Source: an uncultured Pseudomonadales bacterium
Lineage (GTDB): Bacteria; Patescibacteriota; Microgenomatia; UBA1400; MFAQ01
Direction of reading: 5' to 3'
DNA: 64,000 nt
Assembly: GCA_964357975.1 (NCBI GenBank)
Contig: CAYHNG010000005.1
Location: forward strand, 1,031 to 65,030
Below are positions 31,634 through 39,923 of this stretch, one piece after another. The notes below the pieces were generated by a model that ran no database searches, was not told the DNA's origin, and worked only from the letters and a program-made list of their open reading frames with translations. Made by a program: the position numbers and the translations under genes. Every line of letters begins with the position of its first letter. Within the stretch, counting starts at the first letter, position 1.

Positions 31634-32161
31634 GTGAATAAGACACGAGGTTTTACTCTGATAGAGCTGACGGTGGTGGTTGCGTTGATTATGATTCTGT
31701 CGGCGGTGGGATTGGGGGCGTATTCTCAATCGACGATAAAATCAAAAGACACCCAAAGGAAAAACGATATCAATCAAATGGTGAAAGCGGTTGAGGCTTT
31801 TAACAACGATGTGGGGCGCTATCCCCTTTCGGCAGACGGTGAAGACTTTATGCATTGTTACTCGAGGGTTGCCGGCGTGGTTACCAACACCGTTTGTTCG
31901 AATGGAAAGCTAAGTACGGTAATCGATGGGGCGGACTCTTCCTACATTAGAATTCCCACGGACCCTGATCCTGGACAGAGTTATGTCTATGTGTCAAGTG
32001 ACGGTGCCGGTTATGCTTTTTATGCGGCTCTGCAAAACACGAGCGACAGAGATTTGCTGAAAGATGCTCAAGGAAACATAGTCACCTATGCGGGTGTTAG
32101 TTGCGGCGACTCTCCGTGTAATTATAAAGTTATCGAAAGTGGATTGGTAAAAAGTATATGA
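31634..32161 (+). CDS. Type IV pilin/GspG-like
   Basis: MNKTRG|FTLIEL; DTQRKND, RYP, PTDP; start reassigned to GTG 31634. Confidence 0.85.
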   Translation: MNKTRGFTLIELTVVVALIMILSAVGLGAYSQSTIKSKDTQRKNDINQMVKAVEAFNNDVGRYPLSADGEDFMHCYSRVAGVVTNTVCSNGKLSTVIDGADSSYIRIPTDPDPGQSYVYVSSDGAGYAFYAALQNTSDRDLLKDAQGNIVTYAGVSCGDSPCNYKVIESGLVKSI

Positions 32162-32625
32162 AAAAAAGTGGCGGATTCACATTAATTGAGTTATTGGTGG
32201 CGATGGGGATTATGGCTGTACTAACCGGGATGGCTGTTTTTAATTTCAATCAGTCCAGAGTGAGGGCCCGAGACGTTCAGCGGAAAAATGATTTGAGTCA
32301 GCTCCAGAAGGCTTTGGAGGCATACCGTAACGATAATAATGAATATCCCGGTGCCAACTATCAAGCCAGCCTCATATCCCCTACCGCATATATTAATGTG
32401 TCTTTTTCGGACGTGAGGGCCTCAGAATGGGTAGACTACGAGTATTTACCAGGTGCAAATAACAAAAGTTATTATCTGATGACCTGTCTGGAAAATGCGG
32501 CCGATGCGGCAAAAACAACGAATGAAACTCTCTGTGCTCTGTTTTCGGATCAAGCTAATCCCTGCAGATGCGGCCATACTGTCGATAATCGAACCGGTGT
32601 TATGTATATTATTTCCCAACCATAA
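32158..32625 (+). CDS. Type IV pilin/GspG-like
   Basis: MKKSGG|FTLIEL; RDVQRKNDL. Confidence 0.85.
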   Translation: MKKSGGFTLIELLVAMGIMAVLTGMAVFNFNQSRVRARDVQRKNDLSQLQKALEAYRNDNNEYPGANYQASLISPTAYINVSFSDVRASEWVDYEYLPGANNKSYYLMTCLENAADAAKTTNETLCALFSDQANPCRCGHTVDNRTGVMYIISQP

Positions 32626-32627
32626 AA

Positions 32628-33128
32628 ATGATAAAAATAAAACAAATGATGCTGATTGGAGTGAGATCTCTCGGCTTCGCCCCGCCTGCCGGACGGGCAG
32701 GTCGAGACGACGAAGAGAATAAGGGGTTTACACTCTTGGAGTTGTTAATTGTAATTGGAATAATCGGAGTTTTGACCGCTTTAGCTACTGTTGCCTACGC
32801 CACAACACAGGTAGGAGGACGTAATGCCCGGAGAAAACAAGACTTGGTGGCGATCCAAAATGCTTTAGAGCAGTACTATGCGGAAAACAACTTTAACTAT
32901 CCCGATAGTGTCTGTGCCGATGCGGTTACATATCTTAAAAGTTCGTGGCCGATTGACCCTTCGAGTACCGTCAGCACACCCAAAAATTATTCGGCGACAT
33001 GTGCCACAAATTCGTATTGTGTTTGTGGAGAGATGGAAGGCACCGCCACCACTCGGGGTAATTCCGGTTTGGCGTGTGACTGGAGCGCCGCCGATAAGGC
33101 ATATTATTGTGTAGGAAACTTGCAATGA
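32628..33128 (+). CDS. Type IV pilin with REP-derived extended leader
   Basis: ...NKG|FTLLEL; the leader contains nested palindromes at 32663-32711. Confidence 0.8.
   Translation: MIKIKQMMLIGVRSLGFAPPAGRAGRDDEENKGFTLLELLIVIGIIGVLTALATVAYATTQVGGRNARRKQDLVAIQNALEQYYAENNFNYPDSVCADAVTYLKSSWPIDPSSTVSTPKNYSATCATNSYCVCGEMEGTATTRGNSGLACDWSAADKAYYCVGNLQ
32663..32711. repeat. REP-like palindrome with a nested 21-bp CCTGCC...GGCAGG element
   Basis: GAGATCTCTCGGCTTCGC[CCCGCCTGCCGGACGGGCAGG]TCGAGACGAC. Confidence 0.65.
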
Positions 33129-33547
33129 AAACGCGCAACGACCCGCCGACAGCCTTGCAGTCTAAGCGGGCAGGCGGTGGAGGATTTACCTTTATTGAAT
33201 TGTTGGTGGTGATTACTATTATTGGGGTAATTTTTGCTTCGGCTATTGTGACCTTTACGTCGATCACTACGAGATCGAGAGATACCAGAAGAAAAGCGGA
33301 TTTGGAAGCTGTCCGTCAATCGCTTGAGATGTGTCGATCCCTCACCGGATCTTATCCGGACACTATTTACGATGAAATTTCTTGCAGTGTGACCGGGCCA
33401 ATACTGTTAAAGACCACTCCGCACGACCCCAAGCCGTGTAGCGATTTGGTTGGGGCATATTCGTACGTCAAAGCTAGCAGTACAGAGTACACACTCAGTG
33501 CTCCGTGTATGGAGATTGATACGACTTACCAAGTAACAAACCCGTGA
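33125..33547 (+). CDS. Type IV pilin/GspG-like
   Basis: ATGA overlap with the previous gene; GGGG|FTFIEL; RDTRRKADL. Confidence 0.8.
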   Translation: MKTRNDPPTALQSKRAGGGGFTFIELLVVITIIGVIFASAIVTFTSITTRSRDTRRKADLEAVRQSLEMCRSLTGSYPDTIYDEISCSVTGPILLKTTPHDPKPCSDLVGAYSYVKASSTEYTLSAPCMEIDTTYQVTNP

Positions 33548-34029
33548 AGCGAACAGTTAAGTTTTTTGGCTTTACTCTAATTGAGTTGATGGTTGTAATG
33601 GCGATGATTTCACTCATGGCTGGTGGGTCAATAGCCGCTTATCTGCGATTTAATACAAACCAAGAATTAGACAATGACGCACGGCAGTTGATGACCGAAT
33701 TTAGTAAGGCCCGATCGTCCGCCGCTACTCTACAGTATCCATCTGGTTGTAGTGGTTTGACTGGAGTGAGAGTAAGAAGTATTGTGATAGGTGATATTCT
33801 GAATGGAATGGAGACCACTACCTTGTGTGATTCGGGAAACGTGGTGGGACAGTCTATTCAAATATTAAAGTCTTCAGTTTTTACCTTGCCATTTGACATC
33901 ACTTTTTTGCCCGGTTCGGGATATTTGTCGACCGGGACGGATCAGTCAGTAACGATAAAGGATATAAAAAATCCGACGGTAACGAAGATAATCACCGTCG
34001 GCACGTACAGCGATATATATGAAAATTAG
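33544..34029 (+). CDS. Minor pilin (FimT/GspH-like)
   Basis: FG|FTLIELM; ITF.PGSG. Confidence 0.75.
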   Translation: MKRTVKFFGFTLIELMVVMAMISLMAGGSIAAYLRFNTNQELDNDARQLMTEFSKARSSAATLQYPSGCSGLTGVRVRSIVIGDILNGMETTTLCDSGNVVGQSIQILKSSVFTLPFDITFLPGSGYLSTGTDQSVTIKDIKNPTVTKIITVGTYSDIYEN

Positions 34030-34417
34030 GAAATCTATGACATGGTCAGGACAGATGTTAATTGAAATAGTGGTAGCCGTGGGTATTATTTCTTTGGTTT
34101 TGGTGGGGGTGTCAGACTTGATGATTCGGTCTTCCAGGTTGACAACATTTCAGAGACAAAAGGCGGAAGCGTTTACAATCTCTCAAAGATTGTTAAATAA
34201 TTATCGGGTCCAAAGAGACAGTAATCCGCAGGCGTTTTATGATAATGCAGGAGGTAGTGTATTGGATCCATGTGTGTCCGGTAAAACCTATGTTTGTATT
34301 GTATCAATGGAGAAGTCGGCAGAGGCGGTTCTGGTTACCGTAAAAGTCGAGTGGGGTGACGGAGGTCAGACATTTGACGTAAGTTTATCTCAATCTTTAT
34401 CAAAAGAAATAAGATGA
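34019..34417 (+). CDS. Minor pilin (PilV-like)
   Basis: SG|QMLIEIVVAV; VTVKVEW. Confidence 0.7.
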   Translation: MKIRKSMTWSGQMLIEIVVAVGIISLVLVGVSDLMIRSSRLTTFQRQKAEAFTISQRLLNNYRVQRDSNPQAFYDNAGGSVLDPCVSGKTYVCIVSMEKSAEAVLVTVKVEWGDGGQTFDVSLSQSLSKEIR

Positions 34418-34944
34418 AAGGCTACACCTTAATTGAAGTGATTATCTCGCTTTTGCTCTTAGCCATTATCTTGCTTGGAGGAACGGCACTTTTTTATCAG
34501 AATCTTAAATCTTCCGGATTGGGTGACGTTGATTTGAATCTGAGCACTTCCTTGAGAACGATACTTTCTTCTTTGGAAAAAGATCTTCGTTTTGGTCAAG
34601 TTGTCAGTGTTGGTCTTGGGAATCGTGCAGACTGTGTGTCGGCCGGGACAGATGGTCGTTCGGGAGACACATTGACAGTTACCGACCTAAACGGCCTGGA
34701 AACTATTTATTCTCTCGAGGACTTTATGATTGCCTCGACTTCATCTCAAACCGGTAATAAAGTATTTATTAGCCCGCCGGATGTCAAAATTAATCGTCTC
34801 AACTTTACCTGGTATTGTCAGGGTAGCGTGAGTGATAAGATGAATGTTGAAATCGATGCTTCGAGCACTGTGCTTGGATCCGGTGTGGCGGTAACCCGGT
34901 CGGTTTCGACTGAAGTGAATTTGTTAAACAGTGGTATTAACTAA
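34414..34944 (+). CDS. Minor pilin (PilW-like)
   Basis: MKG|YTLIEVII; EKDLR. Confidence 0.7.
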   Translation: MKGYTLIEVIISLLLLAIILLGGTALFYQNLKSSGLGDVDLNLSTSLRTILSSLEKDLRFGQVVSVGLGNRADCVSAGTDGRSGDTLTVTDLNGLETIYSLEDFMIASTSSQTGNKVFISPPDVKINRLNFTWYCQGSVSDKMNVEIDASSTVLGSGVAVTRSVSTEVNLLNSGIN

Positions 34945-35708
34945 TGACAAAATCAAAATTTAACCATTCGGGGCAAGTCGCCTTAATTATGGTGTTGATA
35001 ATGACCGTGGTCAGTGCGATCGCGGTGTCGGTTGCCAGTAGATCGACTGTGGAGACTAGAGTCCAGCAAATGTACGAGGAAAATACTCAGGCAGTGATGA
35101 CGGCACAGGCTGGTTTGGAGGAGGCTTTGGCAAAGAACGCTCCTGTTTCCGGATCGCTGAGTCAGGGAAAAGATTACACAGTTTCGGTTGGTGAAACGGG
35201 TATTGCGGCGATATTTTCCGAAAAAGTCCAGCCAGGCGATACTTTTGAAGTTAATTTATTGGGAGCTAGTGGAGTAACCGGGGTAAAGGTGTATTGGAGC
35301 CCGTCTGTTTCAGGACAGAAACCTTCTTTATTTATTTCCGATATCAGAAGTGATCGGATTATTGACTATGCTTACGACACTGACGGAACCGGTGGATTTA
35401 CCGGTGTAAGCGCGGGAGGATCTCTATCCGGAACCAATTTTAATTACGTGACTCCTTCTCCCTTAACGATAGTGTCAGGTAACTCCTCTTCTTTAAGAAT
35501 TACGGTTTTGGGAGCGGCGGCACTGTTAGGCATTGAGCCGATTGGTGGTACTTTTCCGGCTCAGTCTACCAGTTACAGATCGGTGGCTGATTTAACCTTA
35601 GGAGGATCGACCGTAAAATATGGTCTGGAGTATACCGAATCTAAGACGAACCTATTACCTTCCGTTTTTAACTATGTATTATTTTCCGGGGGATCGATAG
35701 TGCAGTAA
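34944..35708 (+). CDS. PilX-like minor pilin
   Basis: SG|QVALIMVL with no Glu5; AQAGLEEAL. Confidence 0.7.
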   Translation: MTKSKFNHSGQVALIMVLIMTVVSAIAVSVASRSTVETRVQQMYEENTQAVMTAQAGLEEALAKNAPVSGSLSQGKDYTVSVGETGIAAIFSEKVQPGDTFEVNLLGASGVTGVKVYWSPSVSGQKPSLFISDIRSDRIIDYAYDTDGTGGFTGVSAGGSLSGTNFNYVTPSPLTIVSGNSSSLRITVLGAAALLGIEPIGGTFPAQSTSYRSVADLTLGGSTVKYGLEYTESKTNLLPSVFNYVLFSGGSIVQ

Positions 35709-35761
35709 ATGGTAGCTGTGTTTCGCTTCGCGCAAAGACAAGATAATGGTAATATGAATAT

Positions 35762-36766
35762 ATGCCTGCCTATTTTGGTTTGGATATTGGATCAACCAGT
35801 ATCAAGATGATTCAATCCGATGGAAATCGGGTCAAGGTTATTGCTATCGGAACCAATCCTTTCGGGAAAACAGTTTCGGTGATGACGAACGTCGAAAAGA
35901 TTTCGATTACTGATCTTTTAAAGAACATGCTTAAAGAATCCGGAATGAGAGCCGGAAAAGTGGTGGCGTCGATATCGGAGTCATCGGTTTTTTCCAGAGT
36001 ACTTAAGTTTCCCGTCATGTCTACTCCCGAGCTTTCTACTGCGATTAAGTGGGAATTGGATCAATCGGTCCCCTTTCCGCCAAACGAAATCGAAACTTCC
36101 TGGTCCGTATTAGAAAGGCCGGAAAAGTTTGAGGGTAATGAAAAAATTTCCGTTTATGTAGTCGCGGTTCCCACCAAAATTTCGGAAACGTACGTGCAGA
36201 TGTTGGAACTGGTTGGGCTGGAACCAATTCGCTTGGAAAATGAGATACCGGCTTTGAATAGGACCTTCGCACCAACACTCACCGACGAGAACCCTGCAGC
36301 TATTTTGGATTTGGGGGCAAGTGGATCCAATATCATTATCTGTGGAAAAAATAAGATATTCAGTAGTTTTTATGTGCCTGTAGGGGGTTCTGCTCTGACT
36401 AAATTGATAGCCGAAGCCTTTAACTTGCCGGTTGACCAGGCAGAGAGTTACAAGCGAACTTATGGTTTGGCAAAAGAGCAACTTGAAGGAAAAATGGTCA
36501 CCGCTCTGAAACCCGTGATCGATAACTTGATTGGAGAATTGAGAAAACTGTTAATTGCTTACAAGGATGAAAATCAGAACAGTGCGGTAAACAAGCTTAT
36601 TTTAACGGGTGGTGGATCGTACCTCATTGGTCTGATTCCTTATTTAACAGAGGCTTTAGGTGGAATAGAGGTGGTTATGGGAGACACCTTCGCGAACATG
36701 GCTGTAGATACAAAATACAAAACTCTTGGTCCGGTGTTTGCGATCGCAAACGGATTATCTCAATAG
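35762..36766 (+). CDS. pilM: Type IV pilus assembly protein PilM
   Basis: FGLDIGSTSIK, LDLGA, PVGG, ILTGGG actin-like motifs. Confidence 0.9.
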   Translation: MPAYFGLDIGSTSIKMIQSDGNRVKVIAIGTNPFGKTVSVMTNVEKISITDLLKNMLKESGMRAGKVVASISESSVFSRVLKFPVMSTPELSTAIKWELDQSVPFPPNEIETSWSVLERPEKFEGNEKISVYVVAVPTKISETYVQMLELVGLEPIRLENEIPALNRTFAPTLTDENPAAILDLGASGSNIIICGKNKIFSSFYVPVGGSALTKLIAEAFNLPVDQAESYKRTYGLAKEQLEGKMVTALKPVIDNLIGELRKLLIAYKDENQNSAVNKLILTGGGSYLIGLIPYLTEALGGIEVVMGDTFANMAVDTKYKTLGPVFAIANGLSQ

Positions 36767-36768
36767 AC

Positions 36769-37326
36769 ATGGTCAAGATAAATTTATTAGGTAAAAAGAG
36801 ACGAGAATCCAGCGCTAAGAATTGGATTTATCTTGGTATTTTGACTCCCTTTGTAGTTTTTGTTTTGTATTTCTTGTCTGTTTCGATCTTTGTGGTGGTG
36901 AAGCTGTCTTGGATAAAGGCCCAACAAGGTGTGGTTGACCGAGAAACAGAAACTGTTTCCCGAGAGATGGCGGCGAATAACGAGCTGTTAAAAAAATTTA
37001 TATTGGCGAAATTCATCTTGGGGAAAATCGAATCGTTAAATGCGGGGAAGTTTCCGTACAAAAGTTACCTGGATCAGTTATTAAGTTTTCTGCCGGAGGG
37101 TGTGGTGCTGAAAAACGTGGACTTTTCCAGTAAGGGCTGGATTTCTGTAGCCATTTCAATTGAAGGAATGAGACCCCTGCGAGCACTGGAACAAAATCTT
37201 TCCGGTACGGAAAAGCTCTCTTCCAGTGCCTTTCGCTCGGTATTTGTCGAAAGTGTTTCCAGGGATAAAATTGGTGTTTATAACGCAAAATTACAATTTG
37301 AAATAATGAGAAATGGCGGAAAGTAA
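36769..37326 (+). CDS. pilN: PilN-like protein
   Basis: INLL N-terminal motif, TM helix, LPEGV; follows pilM. Confidence 0.75.
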   Translation: MVKINLLGKKRRESSAKNWIYLGILTPFVVFVLYFLSVSIFVVVKLSWIKAQQGVVDRETETVSREMAANNELLKKFILAKFILGKIESLNAGKFPYKSYLDQLLSFLPEGVVLKNVDFSSKGWISVAISIEGMRPLRALEQNLSGTEKLSSSAFRSVFVESVSRDKIGVYNAKLQFEIMRNGGK

Positions 37327-38113
37327 GCTACTGGGATATAAAAAGGTTTTTGGTTTGGTACTGCCCGATTGGGTGAGTGAAAAGACGGTAAAAAACACAG
37401 TCTATGGCCTGTTGGTCATGGCAGCAATGCTACTGGTTTTGATATTTGTTGTTTGGCCGAAGTTGGCTCTTGTGGAGTCCAGGCAGGCTGGTTTGAATTC
37501 CAGTAAGACTGCTTTGGAAGCTCTGAAAAAGTCCAAAACGAGTATCGATAGATTAACGGCCGATTTATCCGAAACGGATCAGGCTAGGATATTGTCAGCC
37601 ATACCTCAAGAGTACTCTCCCGAAGGCGCTATTTATGATTTGCGGAAAATCAGTGCCGATACCGGTGTGTCCATTCTCTCTTACACTCTTCCATCGGGCG
37701 TTCTACTGGATACTGCCGGGTCTGTAGGCAAAACTAACGAAGGAGAGATGGTCGGCTTTGTAGCCTTTCCTGTTCGCATTACCGTGTCGGCTCAGGTGGA
37801 ATCTTTGTTGAGGTTTATCTCTATGGTAGAGTCATCGCTTCCTTTTGGAACCGTATCCGATTTAAATATCCAGGAAGTGACCAAGTTATCTCGAGCCACT
37901 TCCGACAAAACAGTGCAAATGGTTCTTGAGGTAAGGTTTTTTCAATCTGTTCTAAAGAAGGTGAATATCAGTAAGCTGCAGGCATTTACCGAGGATGACC
38001 TTAAGTTGGTTGCCGAACTCAGAAGCTATAATTTGTTGACGGTACCTGAGATTCAGCCTGGTCAGCAAATAGCAGCTCCGGTAGTGGGGTCGGGGAAGAT
38101 CTTTGGGTTTTGA
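37313..38113 (+). CDS. pilO: PilO-like protein
   Basis: TM plus coiled coil, AIP, F...VES; position in the pilMNO order. Confidence 0.65.
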   Translation: MAESKLLGYKKVFGLVLPDWVSEKTVKNTVYGLLVMAAMLLVLIFVVWPKLALVESRQAGLNSSKTALEALKKSKTSIDRLTADLSETDQARILSAIPQEYSPEGAIYDLRKISADTGVSILSYTLPSGVLLDTAGSVGKTNEGEMVGFVAFPVRITVSAQVESLLRFISMVESSLPFGTVSDLNIQEVTKLSRATSDKTVQMVLEVRFFQSVLKKVNISKLQAFTEDDLKLVAELRSYNLLTVPEIQPGQQIAAPVVGSGKIFGF

Positions 38114-38122
38114 TTTGACGAA

Positions 38123-38431
38123 TTATTCTTCTGTTTCGGTGGTAGCAGCCGGGATTTCTGAAAGGGATTCTTGGTTAACAGCAACTTTGGTTTCGTCTTC
38201 GAGAAGGTCCACGATGGCTCTGGTTCCCTTTTGGATGGCAGCAATTCTGACTAGTTGACGAATGGCTTTGATAACCTTGCCCTGTTTACCTATGACACGG
38301 CCGACATCCTCCGAATCGACTTTGATGAGGTACTTGGTGGTGTCTTTGTCCGTGGTGGCTTCCTCTGTGACGGAAACGTTTTCCGGGTGATTGACGATAT
38401 TGCTAACGATGTACTCAATGAGTTGTTTCAT
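38123..38431 (-). CDS. khpA: KH-domain RNA-binding protein KhpA
   Basis: DVGRVIGKQGKVIKAIR; next to rpsP. Confidence 0.88.
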   Translation of the reverse strand: MKQLIEYIVSNIVNHPENVSVTEEATTDKDTTKYLIKVDSEDVGRVIGKQGKVIKAIRQLVRIAAIQKGTRAIVDLLEDETKVAVNQESLSEIPAATTETEE

Positions 38432-38664
38432 GTTAATTTAACCAATTTTCTAATGGTGTCTGTTGGTTGGGCACCCTTGTTGATCCAAGACTGATAGTCG
38501 GTCATGTTGACAGACATCTTGTCTTTATCTTCTTTTTCGTGTGGATTGTAAGTACCAATAGTATCCAGGACAGATCCGGATAATTTAGACTTGCCTTCGA
38601 CCACGACGATACGGTAGGAGCGTTGGTGTTTTTTGCCGGTAGGCTGTAGTTTGATTTTCAGCAT
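38428..38664 (-). CDS. rpsP: 30S ribosomal protein S16
   Basis: MLKIKL..GKK...YRIVV, GTYNP, GAQPTDT. Confidence 0.95.
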   Translation of the reverse strand: MLKIKLQPTGKKHQRSYRIVVVEGKSKLSGSVLDTIGTYNPHEKEDKDKMSVNMTDYQSWINKGAQPTDTIRKLVKLT

Positions 38665-38671
38665 AGGCGTA

Positions 38672-39370
38672 TTATATCAGCTCCAGGGCCTTTTGAGCAG
38701 CTTTTTGTTCAGCTTCCTGCTTGTTCCTCCCCGTGCCCGTAGCCAGCTCTTTGTTATTAACATAAACGGCAATTTCAAATGTTTTGTCATGGTCGAGGCC
38801 CGTCTCCCGGATGGTTTGGTAGAAAGGAGAGGCCTGACCAAGAGACTGGACTTTTTCTTGAAGAGTGGACTTGGGATCCTTAAGCCGGTCGAGAGCGATG
38901 ATGTCTTTGGCATTGGGGAGAATAAACTTTTCAAAAAAAATCTTGGTCGTGCCCAGTCCCCCATCGATATAGAGGGCGCCGATAAGACTTTCGATGACGT
39001 CTTCAAGAATTGACGAATTTTTCCGCCCACCGGTAGCTTCTTCGCCTTTACTCATGCGGATATAGTCATTAAAATGATTTTTGACGGAAACTTCCGAGAG
39101 AGATTCGGTTCTAACGGTTGCAGATCTGGCGGCCGTCAGATAGCCCTCCATTTTGTTCGGATATTTGTTATACAGATAGATTGAGATAAGCATTTCCAAA
39201 ATGGCGTCCCCTAAAAATTCGAGCCGTTCATAACTTTCGGTGATCCCGGGTTGGTTAAGACAGGAGCGATGGGTAAGGGCGGTTTCCAGGAGAGAAACAT
39301 TTTTGAATCGATACTCAAGGTAATCTTGGAGGTGGTCAAGGTTTTGGTTGGTCATCGGTAGTTTCGTCAC
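38672..39370 (-). CDS. rnc: Ribonuclease III
   Basis: ALTHRS, ERLEFLGDA, C-terminal dsRBD. Confidence 0.95.
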   Translation of the reverse strand: MTKLPMTNQNLDHLQDYLEYRFKNVSLLETALTHRSCLNQPGITESYERLEFLGDAILEMLISIYLYNKYPNKMEGYLTAARSATVRTESLSEVSVKNHFNDYIRMSKGEEATGGRKNSSILEDVIESLIGALYIDGGLGTTKIFFEKFILPNAKDIIALDRLKDPKSTLQEKVQSLGQASPFYQTIRETGLDHDKTFEIAVYVNNKELATGTGRNKQEAEQKAAQKALELI

Positions 39371-39725
39371 GTCCAGAATATCCTATGGCGGCCGCCAAAG
39401 CACCGTTGACGAAACTGGAACTAGTTTTACCTCCATAACGTTTGGCAATTTCAACAGCTTCGTCAATGATCACTTTGGTTGGAGTTTGATTCTTGAATAA
39501 GAGCTCATAGATGGCTTGGCGAAGCACAGCCAAATCCACGCGATTGATTTGGGAGATGGGCCACTCGGGGGCGCATTTTTGAATGATTTCGTCAATCTGG
39601 GCCAAGTGTGAATTGATTTTGTCTACTCTACTTGGGTGGTCCGGTTGTTCGGTGAAACTACCGGCAAAAAGGGATTTAAAAACAAGGATTCTCTTTAAAT
39701 GGCGTGGGTCTAGGGCAGATTTCAC
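39336..39725 (-). CDS. nusB: Transcription antitermination factor NusB
   Basis: VDLAVLR, VIIDEAVEIAKRYG, FVNGAL. Confidence 0.92.
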   Translation of the reverse strand: MKSALDPRHLKRILVFKSLFAGSFTEQPDHPSRVDKINSHLAQIDEIIQKCAPEWPISQINRVDLAVLRQAIYELLFKNQTPTKVIIDEAVEIAKRYGGKTSSSFVNGALAAAIGYSGRDETTDDQPKP

Positions 39726-39734
39726 GGTGTTGGT

Positions 39735-39887
39735 TTATTTTGATTTACAAACTGGACAGAGAAAGTGACCTCTCTTCAGGTTTCCACATTTTTTACAGAC
39801 TATAAGCTTTGGTTCAATAAGATGAATTTGAGATCTTCTCTTGCCTTGTCTGGCGGTGGAAATTTTTCTTTTTGGTGTAGCGGCCAT
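39735..39887 (-). CDS. rpmF: 50S ribosomal protein L32
   Basis: Hand translation (below ORF-track cutoff): MAATPKRKISTARQGKRRSQIHLIEPKLIVCKKCGNLKRGHFLCPVCKSK. Confidence 0.9.
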   Translation of the reverse strand: MAATPKRKISTARQGKRRSQIHLIEPKLIVCKKCGNLKRGHFLCPVCKSK

Positions 39888-39923
39888 TTTTGTTGGTTCG
39901 GATTTCTAATTTACTTATGTATT

